63,138 bases of DNA, filler included, from 14 parts of 14 records of this genome joined end to end with filler, not necessarily neighbours in it; one strand, 5' to 3'. Counted from the first letter of the whole stretch, positions 46,454-58,788 are shown. Numbers and translations: made by a program. The notes: generated by a model not told the origin, from the letters alone.

Positions 46454-49400
46454 ATGGCGGAGAGCAACGGCATTCAGGTGGTGGTGCGTCTGCGCCCCGT
46501 CAACGCGAAGGAGAAGCGCGAGGGCACGCCGCCGGTCGTGAGCTCGAACACGGCCGAGTCGACGGTGACGCTGGTGCGCTCGAGCGGCAAGGGTTCGAGC
46601 TCGCAGTCGCGCTCGACATTCAAGGCCGACAATGTCTTCGGCTCCTTTTCGACCCAGGAAGAGGTCTTCGACCAAACGATGCCGGGGATCCTCAAGGACG
46701 TGCTCAAGGGCTTCGAGAGCACCGTGTTCGCGTACGGACAGACCGGCACCGGAAAGACACACACGATGGAGGGGCAGATTGACAACCCGGACCAGCGCGG
46801 TATTATCCCGCGAGCCGCCGCCAGCATGTTCGCGTCGCTGCAGGACGACGCATTTGTCGAAAAGGCTGTGTCCGTGAGCTATCTCGAGATCTACAACCAA
46901 GATCTCAACGACTTGCTGGTCCCAGTGAAGGAGGGAGCACCTAGGACCAAGCTGCGGATTGTCGAGGGCGCAGGAAATGCCGGCGTATACTGCCAGGGCT
47001 TGACTCGCCAGACAGTCGAGTCAGTCGAAGATGTCGTCCGAATCTTGACAGACGCACAGGAACGCCGCTCTGTCGGCGAGACGAAGATGAACAAGTCGTC
47101 CAGTCGTAGCCACTGCATCTTCACGCTTCAGGTCGATAGCAAGGAGAAGGCCGACGGTGGCTTCGTCATGACACGCACGGGCAAGCTGCATATGGTAGAC
47201 CTCGCCGGCAGCGAGTGCGCTAAATCTGCGGGAACTGAGGATGCGAAGCAAGAACGCGAGCGCAAGAACATTAACACCAGCCTGTTGGCGCTGGGCAAAG
47301 TTGTAAATGCGCTCCGATCTGGAAGCAAACCACCGTATAGGGACAGCCTGTTGACCCGCCTGCTGCAAGAGAGTCTCGGCGGGTGCTGCAAGACTTGCAT
47401 CATTGCAACAGTTTCACCGTCAATCTTGTGTGCGGAACAGTCCATGCAGACCTTGAAGTACGCCCAGCAAGCGCATGGCATTCAGAACAAACCAGTGATG
47501 ACCAGCCGAATGGGCCGAGACGGGCCTTCTGGTCCATCTAAAGGCAGCGCTTCGGCGGGCAATGACGAAGCGTTGGTGGAGTCGTTCCAGCGTCTTGAGC
47601 TGAAGTGTGCCTACATGGAGGCGGAGCTCGAAGAAGCAGGGACTGCGCTTGCTGCGAAGCACGAGAAGATGCGTGAAGCAATCGAGCGCGCAGAACTTGC
47701 TGAAGGTAAGATCGATGCGATTCAAAAACAGCTCAATGCCGCCACTCTGCGAGCTGCAGAGGTAGAGCGCAAGCATGTCGAAGAGCTGGCTACGATGCAG
47801 CAGCAGGTCCAGTCACAGTCCGCGCTGCTCAAGCAATCGACATACGCCCTTGGAAAAACCCAGGAGGCTTTGGTTAGTCACGCAGCCCTGGAAGCACGTG
47901 AAATTGAATCGTTGAAATCACTTGCCTGCAAAAGCGCGCAGTTGGTCGATGAGCAGATTGCTCTAGTTGCATCACATCGCTCACATCTTGCTGAAACTCT
48001 AAAAGCCCACCACGCCGGACAGGAGCAAGAAAAGCACCTTGCAACACTTACTGAGGTGGAAGACATGTTAAAGACTGGAGCAGCAGAGCTCAGCCAGCAG
48101 CTTGAAGCGCAGAGTCAGCAGCTGGGCGAGAGCAAGGTGGCTCTGGCGGAAGGCACGCAAGCAGAGAGTCTTGTTGGGGCTCTGACCACTGGCCAAACAA
48201 TGTTGCAGAGCGCCCTGTGTGTCCAGCAGGAGAGCTTGGATTCCCTTCAGGTGGGCCTTACTGAAGCGATGGCAAAGCTGCAGACCGAAAACAGATCCCA
48301 GTCATCTCTCGCATCATTGACGAGCGCATCAGGTTGCGTGCAGAGTGGCGTAGAAGAAAGCAACCAGGTTTTGAGCGCTCAAAGAAGCCTGGTAGAGGTG
48401 CAGTTGACTGCGATGCAAGCCATGGAGTCTGCACAGCACAACATGCAGGAGCAAATGATGACTCGCATGATGGACGGGATGCGCACTTTGTTAACTGAAA
48501 ACATGAAGGAAATGGCTCAAGAGTTCGACTCTTGTCTAGGCAACGTCCGAAACACGGCTAGCGCGATTGATGAAGAGCGGAGCAAGGCGGCCGAACGCCT
48601 CTCATCGATGAGCGTAGAGTTTCAAACTCAAGCAGACCAGGCGACCCGTGAGTTAAAGAGCTGGGATGTTGCGAGTTGCGAAGTAGTGGAAGCGTGCGGG
48701 TCTATCAAGCAGCAGAGCGACATGATCTCCACAAGCGTGGCGGAAGTCGGCAAAATGGCGCAGGAACGAACTGACACAACAGTTGCTCAAGTCAACTCCT
48801 GGTCAGATTCAAACGCAGTGGTTGTAACAGCAATGGAAGCTACGATCTCAGCGACGCATGCCACAAAGGACAGTGCAACGGACCTTCGCTCTGCAGTTGG
48901 CAAGCGCATTGCCTGTGCACGACAGGAGTGCAACACTTGGGCAGAGCACGGGGCAGTGATCAGCAAAAAACTCTCCACAGCAAACACTGAAGCTGAGACA
49001 GTCAGTTCAAAATTGTCTGCTGGCGCAGAGGCAATGACGACGGGCTTCGACAAGGCTCACGCTGATTTGGAAGAGCGGCAAAGCGCGAGTAAGGTGACCC
49101 GTGATCTCGCAAAAGAAACCGAGCAGACCTCAGAAGCAGCCTCGAATCATCTCATTGAGATGGAAGCCGATGTGTCCACCCAGCTGGAGGCAGCGAAAGA
49201 GAAATTACCTGGGGCCGACGTGTCGACGGCAAGCAAAGCTGAGGAGGGCGCGCTGACTGAACCGGTGACTGAGGCAACAACGGGACCCGCAACCGAGCCA
49301 ACCGTTCAGAAGGGGCAGTCCGTTTCTCGCACCAAGGCGGCTGTTCCTGCAGGTGAGAACCCATTTGTGCCGGCAAAGACAAGAGCGAAGACGTCGGCAG

Positions 49401-49480
49401 GCAAAGGCAAACTAGCAGCCACTGATGGTGCCGCTAAAGTGCAACGGAGATTTGGGCAGAAGATCGAAAACATTCGTTAA
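46454..49480 (+). CDS. Kinesin motor protein, kinesin-5 (BimC/Eg5)-like, intronless
   Basis: N-terminal motor: FAYGQTGTGKTHTMEG, SSRSHCIFTL, LHMVDLAGSE, PYRDSLLTRLLQESLGG..TCIIATVSP; long coiled-coil stalk. Confidence 0.88.
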   Translation: MAESNGIQVVVRLRPVNAKEKREGTPPVVSSNTAESTVTLVRSSGKGSSSQSRSTFKADNVFGSFSTQEEVFDQTMPGILKDVLKGFESTVFAYGQTGTGKTHTMEGQIDNPDQRGIIPRAAASMFASLQDDAFVEKAVSVSYLEIYNQDLNDLLVPVKEGAPRTKLRIVEGAGNAGVYCQGLTRQTVESVEDVVRILTDAQERRSVGETKMNKSSSRSHCIFTLQVDSKEKADGGFVMTRTGKLHMVDLAGSECAKSAGTEDAKQERERKNINTSLLALGKVVNALRSGSKPPYRDSLLTRLLQESLGGCCKTCIIATVSPSILCAEQSMQTLKYAQQAHGIQNKPVMTSRMGRDGPSGPSKGSASAGNDEALVESFQRLELKCAYMEAELEEAGTALAAKHEKMREAIERAELAEGKIDAIQKQLNAATLRAAEVERKHVEELATMQQQVQSQSALLKQSTYALGKTQEALVSHAALEAREIESLKSLACKSAQLVDEQIALVASHRSHLAETLKAHHAGQEQEKHLATLTEVEDMLKTGAAELSQQLEAQSQQLGESKVALAEGTQAESLVGALTTGQTMLQSALCVQQESLDSLQVGLTEAMAKLQTENRSQSSLASLTSASGCVQSGVEESNQVLSAQRSLVEVQLTAMQAMESAQHNMQEQMMTRMMDGMRTLLTENMKEMAQEFDSCLGNVRNTASAIDEERSKAAERLSSMSVEFQTQADQATRELKSWDVASCEVVEACGSIKQQSDMISTSVAEVGKMAQERTDTTVAQVNSWSDSNAVVVTAMEATISATHATKDSATDLRSAVGKRIACARQECNTWAEHGAVISKKLSTANTEAETVSSKLSAGAEAMTTGFDKAHADLEERQSASKVTRDLAKETEQTSEAASNHLIEMEADVSTQLEAAKEKLPGADVSTASKAEEGALTEPVTEATTGPATEPTVQKGQSVSRTKAAVPAGENPFVPAKTRAKTSAGKGKLAATDGAAKVQRRFGQKIENIR

Positions 49481-49911
49481 GGTTGACAAGGCCGGCGATG
49501 TATGTAGCTGCACGGTAGTAGCTACAGTACGCAAACCTTACAATCATGCTCAACTGCTACTGTATCCACCAAAATAAATCATTCAATCACGGGCATTTGA
49601 GCCTTCTACAGCACGCTATCGTTCTGGTAGTCAGCCGGCACCAGCTGCACGAGCGAGTGCGTGGAATCATACCACCAACTACACCAAATTCAGTTGCTCT
49701 CTTGCAGCAATATCGCGCAGACGGCTCAGATCTGATTTTCCCATGCCCCGATGGCAACAGACATGCAGTACGAGCAGCAGAAAGTCTGAGCAGCAGAGGC
49801 ATGCATCACGAGCTTGTTTGCCACAGCAGCAAACGATTCAAGCATCAACTCAGACCACTGGTAGCCACCGGCGTGCCACTTGGAACTTCAGTAAAAATAG
49901 CGTCGGATCAG

Positions 49912-50859
49912 CTACTTTGTTTTCTCCATCTTTTCCTTCTTCTCCTTCTTCTCCTTGTGCTGCTTGTGCTCTTTCTTTCCCTGCTTTTCCTTGCTATATT
50001 TCTTGTCCTTCTTGCCCTTTTTGCCAGCTTTGTGTTTCTTCGCGAGTGGCTGGACCTCACCCTCCGTTTTGCCTATGTCAGCTTTCTCAGAAGCCGTACT
50101 GCTTTCTTTCCCTTCCTGCCCCTGTCCCTCGTGCTCCAGCTCTTTGCGCTGCCGCTTTTCAGCTCGCTGTCGAGCCTTCTTGATCCGCTTTCGCTCCTGC
50201 TTGCTCAAGCCATCGGTTGGAGGCGTGCTCGTCATGCGGGGGTCCTTTCCACCATTGCCAGTATTTACTTGGTTGCTTTTCTCTACCTGCTTGCTGCCAG
50301 TCGTATTGGTTGCGTCAGCTGCACCAGCTGAGGCTCGAGCCGGCTTTGGCACGGACACTGCCATCTCGCGTACGCGTGCAATGCGCTCAGCGTCATCGTC
50401 ACTATCACTATCGCCGCTGTCACTTGACGCCATTGCTGCCTTCCGAGCCTGTACGGCAAGGCATACATGCGAGCACCCACGTGACTGCTAGGAATAGATG
50501 CTCTCAGTAGTACCGGCGTAGGCGATGAGCGGGTGCGGCGTACCTTTTCCATTGCTGCCTGCTCAGCCTTTTGCGACTCCTCGGCAGTCGGCTTGGGCGC
50601 TGCCGCACGAATAGCATCCACCTCGGACAAATCAGGCCGCCCGCGCAGCAGCTGTACGCCGTGTTCGCTCTGCGAGCCACTCGACTTTTTCTCGGGTGGC
50701 CAGACGTCCACGAACGCCAGAATCTGCTCGATGAACTGATGTAGCTTCCTAGATGCATGCTTCTGATACTCGAGTTCCGCCGGTGAGTATAGGGACGACT
50801 CGAACGCCTCCTCTGGGTCCTCGCGTAGCGATGGTAACGCATGCGCACAGCGTCCGTCG
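49912..50859 (-). CDS. CUSTOS (C12orf43)-like protein, 5'-partial, Lys-rich tail
   Basis: EYQKHASRKLHQFIEQIL, then GVQLL, then after an intron SDSDDDAERIARVREMAVSV and a K-rich C-terminus; same motif order as CUSTOS as I recall it. Confidence 0.55.
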
Positions 50860-51351
50860 NNNNNNNNNNNNNNNNNNNNNNNNNNNNNNNNNNNNNNNNN
50901 NNNTTAATTAATTAANNNNNNNNNNNNNNNNNNNNNNNNNNNNNNNNNNNNNNNNNNNNATAGTACATGTTTATGTATCCGCAACCCTGCATCGAATGCA
51001 GACTCGACGAGACTCGACGGCCGCCCCCGCGGGTTCCCGTGTAGCAGAGTGCAGAGTGCACAGAGTGCAGAGTTGCCGCCGGTGGCGATTGCAAACACTG
51101 GACGGACGGACGCCGAGCGCCAGGATGATGGGCCGGCTGTCGTGGGGTTTCCAGGGTTGGTGCCCTGAGAACAAATCGCGCCGACCACCCCGGATCGCGT
51201 CAGATCGTCAACGTAGACGTGGCACTCAAGCGAGGTTGGTACACAACAGCAGCCAACCACGGCCTCGCTCCGGAAGCGACACACAGCGTCGCCGGCTCGC
51301 TGCAGCAGGTGCACTCGCGGAGAACACCCTCATTTCGTTGTGGCCGAGCAG

Positions 51352-54300
51352 ATGGCCGAGCAGGAGCCCGAGCCGCAGGGTTCTCCGGGCTCGCTGGAGA
51401 GCGCCAATAAGTCGAACAAGAGCGTCTCCGGTCCTGTCGGAGGCCACGAAGCCATCCATCAGGCCGATGATCATCACGCGCCACCCGCACCCGCCGCCGT
51501 ATACAACAAGTGGGAGCTTCGTGGATTGGCCGACCTGGCCAAGCTGGCCGACATTGACGAGAACGAGCTGCTAAAGTACAAGGAGCAAGATTTCGAGGAC
51601 CTCATGAAACTATACGGCGTCGGTGTGAAGGATCGGGTGCGGCTGCGGGAGAAGCATCGTCAGATGATCGCCAAAGCGTGCTCTGTCGCACCGCCGGCCT
51701 CACCGAGGCACGGAGCTTTCTCCATGAAGACGCCGGTTTCGCCCGTCTGTGGTGGCGCCCGAATGCCGCCACACGTCACCACGCACGCGGACTTCACACC
51801 GGACGACAGCCGCAAAAGAGCGCTCATGGTACTGATCGATGCCGTGGAGAAAGCCGACGATCTTGAGGGCTATGGTCAGTCCCGTCGACCGATCAAGGTT
51901 GGCGACACGGTGAGCGTCGTCGCCAGCCCGAACAATACTGACTTGCTCCAACCGGGCGACGAAGGAACGATTGTCAACGTTGACGATGACGACGCTGCCG
52001 AACCCTATTACACAGTGCAGGACTCGACCGGTGAGACGGACGAGTACTCCGCGGCCGACCTGGTGCATCGACCCCCGGGCATCTTGCCGGCCCTGCAGTC
52101 CTTCCGGCAGACCGGCAAGCTGCCGCCAACATTATCCGTCGATGAACTCATAGAGCGGGCCGTGCAGAGCGGGGTGAGCCGGGAAGACGCGGAGAACTCG
52201 CGCCAGACCAAGTACTTCCCGCATCTCAGCGGCGATCTGGTGCGCGGCACCACTGGCAAGATTATCGGCATCTGCATTCCGTGCTACAACGAGCCTTGGA
52301 TCGGGCTTCACAACACACTGCGCTCGCTCAGCGAGCTTCACGTCCCGAACGGTTTCACGCTCAGCGTCCTCATCCTCATGGACGGCGTCAAGGGCACCGG
52401 TGCCGAGTCCGTGCCGGCCAAGTGCACGCGCAAGTTTCTGACCAAGAAGTTTGGAGTGAGGTGGGAAGACTTTGCGGGCGATGGGATGAAGCAAACCACG
52501 ATCTTCGAGACGCGCAAAAAACTTGACGTCAGTGCTGTGGCTCCACGCACAAGTCCCTTCGGTTTTCAAGGACTGGCTCGGGTCATCCGTACGGCCAGTG
52601 AACTTTCCTCAAAGCGATCCTCGTCGTCGAGCTCGGCTGGCGCCGAGTCCGTACGCGCTGATTATGGCTCGATACCCATGCCGTCACACATGCAGGTGTC
52701 ACTGCTCGTCAAGAAGGAAAACCGGCGCAAGCACAACTCACATGAGTGGTTCATGACCGCGTTCGCGAAAGAGCTGGAGTGTGAGTACATCTTCTGCACC
52801 GACTGCTCTACTGTGTTTGACAGCGAGATGCTAGTCAAGCTAACGGAACATCTGGAGGAAAATCGCCGCACCACAGCTGTGTGTGGCCGTCAACGAGTCA
52901 TGGCTGCGAGTATCCAAAACGCAGGCGACCCCTCAAAAGAAGGGAAGTGGGAACTTTTTGACGCACCTGGAGAGTACATGCTTCGGCAGATTCAGACTTA
53001 CGACTTCGAGGCCGATCATCCTGTCAGCAAGGCAGCATACGATCTACTCGGCTTTCTGCCGGTGCTTCCTGGACCATGTGGGATGTACCGCTACAAAGAT
53101 CTCGCAAATGGCCGATACAAGAAGTACTTCGAGACTGTCAACATGCCGTCGGAAGACTGTGGACTGTGGCTGGCGAACCTCAAGATCGCTGAAGACAGGA
53201 TCCCGAGCTTGTTCGCCGTGTTCACTGACCCGAACGATCTGGAAAAAAGAGAGGAGTCCGCATTTGAGACTCACTGGGTGCGTGACGCGGTGTTCTATTT
53301 TGAGGCCGAGATGACCTTAAAGAGCTTGGTCCTGCAACGCCGGCGATGGCTGAACGGTACGAATGCTGGATACATCTACATTGCTCAGAACCTCATCCAA
53401 TTCATCTGGGGAAGCAAACACGGCACTGTGACAAAGGGCTTCGCCACGTTCATGATTCTGATGCAACTGGTCCAGGTGTTTGTGCTGTCCCTTGGCCCAG
53501 GCATCTTCACCGCGATCATCTTTGGCACGAGCAACTTTCTGGCAATTCATTACTCCAAGGATCTATTCCACGTAGATGGCGATGAGCATCCGGGATGGCG
53601 ACCAGAAGATCATGCGCAGCAGCTTGCAACTGTTGTCGCCGCTACGTATTTAGCGATATACCTGCTCTTTCTGTGGGTCCACCGCATTCAGTACGAGTAC
53701 AAAGATGGGAAGAAACAGAAGAAGGAAGGCTCTGACTTCAAGGGCTGGGCTTTCAGTATAGTAATTGTCGCTAACGTCTTTCTAATGGTGCTGTTCATTT
53801 GGGGCCTCCTGCTGTCCCGCCACCAGTTCACGATGCTCTGGGATGAGACATTCGATGAAATCGATCGGCCCGCGGGAAAGTCGCCGCTTGGGAACACCTG
53901 CTTCGATAAACACAAGGAAGGGGCGCAGGAAAGGTGGCTCGCAGACAAGACAGCTCAGTGCAGTGCCTTGGCGAACAACCCCACTCTACACATTGATGCA
54001 GAGGATCTACTAACCGCTATGAAAGGGCGGGCGCTTGAAGAGCCCAAAGTGGGCTCAGTGTACTGCTGCGGCGATGCCTCGAACATCGGGAATGACCACA
54101 CACCCCCGTTTCTCAGCTGTCCACGCGCATGCGAGGGCCCCAACATACTTGGTCTGTCCATGGAGTTCAGACCGGACAACCTACTGGCTGTGAAGCTAAG
54201 AGTTCACGATGGCCCTGTCGAGAACTGTGACCATCAGGCAACGACTTATGACTCATCAACAGGCAAGTTGACGCTCGATGATCGACCAACAGCTTGCATC

Positions 54301-55543
54301 GAAGGTCCTACGTTCCAAAGTGTCTTCGAGCACCAGCCAGTGATTCAATATTCCACATGGGGACATGGACCACTGGACTCGATGCTGCAAGTGGAGACGC
54401 ACCTGCATGGGCCGCACGGGCCATTGGCTAAGCGCACGATGAACTCGCTGCATTCTTACGCGGACACATCCAATGGGTGCTTAACGAGTGACGACTGCGA
54501 CGAAGGTCTCGACTGTCTCGATCTGAACTGTCCGACGTACAAGCGGTGCGGCATGAACACCACAGTCGGTCGAACTGAAGCTGCAACTTCGTGCGGCATG
54601 GCGTGCTGGACCGACAGTGACTGCAACACCGGAATGAACGAAGTATGCCTGGAAAACCTGCCTGCCCCAGAGGGCTGTCTCACCAGTCTAGCAGGATTGA
54701 GTATTTTGGTCGGGTTTTCGCTGATACCTCTGGTGTATGCCATCATCGACATTCCTGCATCGCGGTCATTCAAGAGTCCCATGCTGATGATCCGAAGCGC
54801 CCCAGTCTTCATCTTCTTCATGCCGACATTTGTTGCCTTCTTCTCTGCGTATTCGACCAACCGGCTTGCCGACGTCAGTTGGGGTCAGCGTGCCGTCGAA
54901 GATGGTCTTGACGCTGGTCAGCAGCGGATTGAGAAGCAGGCAAAGTGCATCGCAATCATCGTGCCGCTGCTGAATATCGGTTACGCGGTGACAATTTCGT
55001 ACGTACACTTGATTGCGCCGCAATATGTCACAGTCGTCGCCGGCATCATCATGGTCGTGGCTGGATTCACCTTGACCGTCTCACTCATCAGGTACGCATC
55101 TCTCTAGTCTCCGCATTTGCACGGGTGGTTTGGCTGACTTCGCACTTTGCGTCCAGCTACACATTCCTATATGGTTCGATACTAGGCAACGAGATGATGT
55201 TTGGCGACAGCAAAAGAAACACGGGGTGAGTTGCAGCCATTTGTCTAGTTCGAACTCGGCCGTGATCCTAAATGCAATCCAACGCTCCTGATCGTGCAGG
55301 CTGGAATGGTCGGGCGGGAGACTTGAGTCGGTCAGGGACTCGATGGCGGAGATTGCTGGGTTGGCTATACAGAGCGTTCAGAACGCTTCAAGTCGAGGTG
55401 AAGAAGCGACTGACGAGGAGCGTCAGCCAATACTCATGCCTGAGCCAGAGCAGTATGTGCCGTTTCATGTGCAAGCCGCCATTGCCGCAGCAAAGTCGCA
55501 AGAGGCTGGACTGGAGCCTGAGCCCGAGCCCGAGCCCGAGCCA
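51352..55543 (+). CDS. CHS: Chitin synthase (GT2) with N-terminal accessory domains and a Cys-rich extracellular insert; 3'-partial
   Basis: CIPCYNE, KKENRRKHNSHEWF, LPVLPGPCGMYRY, LKIAEDR, QRRRWLNGT, DVSWGQR. After about 55092, two introns extend the frame through SYTFLYGS.. and LEWSGGR..EPEPEPEP to the contig end. Confidence 0.92.
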
Positions 55544-55832
55544 NNNNNNNNNNNNNNNNNNNNNNNNNNNNNNNNNNNNNNNNNNNNTTAATTAATTAAN
55601 NNNNNNNNNNNNNNNNNNNNNNNNNNNNNNNNNNNNNNNNNNNCCTGGTTGATGCGAACACATCAGTAGAGGCGCCGCCACCACATCGTCGTTTGAACTA
55701 ACGATTCCTGGCCAAGAGAGGCTCATTTGCTGTAATTACAGTACGGTATATCATTTCATAAATCACTTTTAACGGAAATGTCAAGGTGGACACGGATGCT
55801 GACTCCAAGTTGGTACTGGCGACGGCTGGCTC

Positions 55833-55870
55833 TGACAGTGGGTATTAGATCGCCCTTATGCCCGGTGTCA
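55833..55870. mobile_element. 38-bp mini-element TGACAGTGGGTATTAGATCGCCCTTATGCCCGGTGTCA flanked by a 5-bp direct repeat GGCTC
   Basis: GGCTC at 55828-55832 and 55871-55875; imperfect terminal inverted repeats with TG...CA ends; right 17 bp is the family arm. Confidence 0.75.
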
Positions 55871-56097
55871 GGCTCGCCACACTTCCTACTGAGACTCGCG
55901 ATGCGTCATAACCTCGTGATCATGGTGGTGCCCACGCTGGCGCTGCTCTGCCACCGCACGCATGTACATTCTCATTCTCTGCATGGGGGTGCGATGGATT
56001 TCAGACAAGACAGATTGATACGTTGACATTTACACATGGATGCCCTTTGTTGATACACTCCAGTGGTAGTCGTGGGGACATCAAAGGTCCAACTAGG

Positions 56098-58788
56098 TCA
56101 GCGTACCACGTGACTGAGGTTGCCACACCCGGGCGAGTGTGCCACCACACCACAACAAGCGCTTCTCGCGTGGCCTGAGCAGCATGACACGCAGTCGCAG
56201 CCGCCGCCACCGCAGTTGCACTCTGAAAATAGCGTGTAATTGCTATTGAAGCAGTCTGGGTCCATGAACTGCGCGCAGCCGACGCACGTGTTGTGCACTG
56301 ATGCATTACTAGTACGCTGACGCGCGCCTGACGTTCCTTGGCTGCGCCGCTCGTTCCTCTCAATAGCGTGCCCGATGCTGACACGTAGCGTCTCAAACGA
56401 CTGGATCTCATCAGTCCACTCAAACGCATCTTTCATAAACACTGAGACGTAGCGACCCAGCACCTCAGACCTTGAGCTCTAACCGACGGACGAATGATAA
56501 TCAGAGTGTCCCACCATCACGTTGTGGGTGGTGACCAGTTGTGCATACATGTACACACATGCACGCGCAAATCATACATGTCAGCACCCAATCGTCGATC
56601 AAGGAGTGAGGTGGACAGGCAATTAGACATCTTGAGATGCTGCGTAGGAGTGGATCGGAGCATGCAGAATGCGTTTGGAAAGGCGCACGGAAGCCTCGAG
56701 CAGCTGCAAATATTCGAAGTCCTCGTAGCCATCTCGTACGTGCTTCAAGCGAATGCTTTCTATAGGTACACCAGTCGTGCCGCCGATGCGGTCAACGGTG
56801 CCAGGGTACAGCATATATCCATCGCCGTTGCCACCATAAACTGCCAGCAGAAGAAAATCGTGCACAGTGCGTCAGCTGCCAGATGCTCATCTCAGCATTA
56901 TTCTCTTCGACCCAAGACGTGGACGACACAGCACCGAATGGACTGTTCAACTACAGTCAGCACAGAGGACTCATTCGACTTCATGAGACAAGATGAGATG
57001 GACAGCACAGTCACGCCATACGCACAGTTGGCAGTTCCCCAGCATGCATCCACCATCTTGAAGTTTTCACCTACAGCGTAGTACAGCTCACCGTCTACAT
57101 TGTACAAGTACGATGCCCACTCCATCGCTCGGTTGACCAGACCGGATGGGGTGCCAGTGTGATCGTGATGGTCTATTGCGTACGAGGGCCAACCAAGCGA
57201 GCACCCACTGCCATTGATTTGCGCGCACGTGGAGTTGGGGCCGCAACCGTAGCTCATGCACGATTGGTAAGTCCAGAGGTTGCCCTGCATTCGCACAACG
57301 ACTGATGAGACACAACAACTCCAGCGGAATTTGGCGTGCTTGTTCTGACCGGTTTGACGAAATCGTAGTGGGATCGCTGCTCTTGGTCAAGTGGGGCTGC
57401 GCCGGTGCATGAAATCGCTTTCTGTTCACAATACTGCACGGAGCCTCGTCGACGTTTCAGACTCAGGTCATTGAGTATTGGAACCCAGAGGTCGATCAAG
57501 TTAAGCACGCCTTCTTCCTTTGCGGCGGTCGCAGTGGTGGTGACGAGCGTCCGGAGCCGAGAGTTTGCAGCCTTGACCATCGGAGCTCTCTTCCGGAGGA
57601 CATCCCATCGCCCGTCTCCTGGCAACATTTGCAAACAGCAAGGACACTGTCAAAACACTTATATTGCAGACAAGAGGAATGAATGACTGCAACGAATGAC
57701 TGCAATAATGATGACGCTATACCTGGAGTGCATGACGGCTCATCCACAGTGTAGTCGAAGAGTAGTGGTAACCAGCCGTGGGCGTCGAAATGACGACTGA
57801 GGTTTGTCCAGTATTCGACCTGATCACGTTCTGCCTCTGCAGTGCAGTTGGTGAAACGCTTGGTGTGCTTGTTGTAGCTGAGACTGCACAGCTGGTGTGG
57901 CGCCTGCACACTTGAGAGTCGTCCTGGCGTTGGCCCAAAGGGCAACGTGGTGCCGTCAAGGAACTCACCCCATTCGGAGACAAATGATTCGAATGAGCCA
58001 TTGACTGAGCCAGCGGCATCGCGCTGCATCTGCGGAGATCCATAGCTAAGAAAATCAGAAAATGAGACCCTGTGCATCAGACCGCATTTGAGGTAGTGCT
58101 TCACCAGAGCAGTGGTTTCTTGATCGGTCGTGGTGCGATGGGCCTTGATCAGGCTGGCCCAGTCGGCCCCGTGTCCGAAAAGGCTGGTAAGGGTCGGCCG
58201 CGACGGCAGTACAAAGTCAAAAACTGTGAGGTTGTAGCTCAGTGTAGATGAGAAACCACCACTGCTTGTGACGTGAACAAGGTGGCTGCTGCTGCCAGCG
58301 CTGGCAGATTCTGGGACAGAGACATCAACCCAGACCACGCGGTTCTCGTTTGGTGGGATATTCAGTGGAAAGGCATTGCGTTTCTCGCCTACGTACACGT
58401 CCACGGCTGGTACGAGTGGGTCAGCCCACAGCCCCGCAGCACCCGTGCAACCACTTGGTTTCGACGCGTTAACGTATCGTGCAGCGTAAATTGTGACGTT
58501 GCCCCCGGCCATTGGCTGTGCAATCTGCACAGTCACACCAGCAAGGCCAGCAGAACCGCTACTGACGACGACGAGAAAGGACTCCACCTCGTTTTTCGCT
58601 GCGTGCAACCGAAGGGTTGCCGAGCCGCCAGTATAACGCCCGACTGGCCGTGGTTTCGCCAGCGATGACTCGAGCACTGCTGTGGCTCCACTGTCCTGCA
58701 CTGGCTGCACCTCACTTGCGTTTGCGACGGCAGCAGGCGCATAGAAGAGCACTACTGCCAGACAGCAGTGTGCGGCGGCCAGCACCAT
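56098..58788 (-). CDS. Secreted DUF4091/GH123-like glycoside hydrolase of bacterial type with a Cys-rich C-terminal tail, multi-exon
   Basis: Signal peptide; LHAAKNEVESF, DPLVPAVDVYVGEKRNAFP, YTVDEP, LWTYQSCMSYGC, GWPSYAID, GGNGDGYMLYPG..ESIRLKHVRDGYEDFEYL; about 5 GT-AG introns. Confidence 0.82.

Noticed and set aside
49546-50331. 261-aa hydrophobic plus-strand ORF
   Set aside because: The Leu/Phe stretch is the antisense of the Lys-rich tail of the CUSTOS-like gene.
12053-58788. Apparent carbohydrate/chitin gene cluster (LPMO, lyase, GH125, CHS, GH123-like)
   Set aside because: Each gene is on a different contig; adjacency comes from concatenation.
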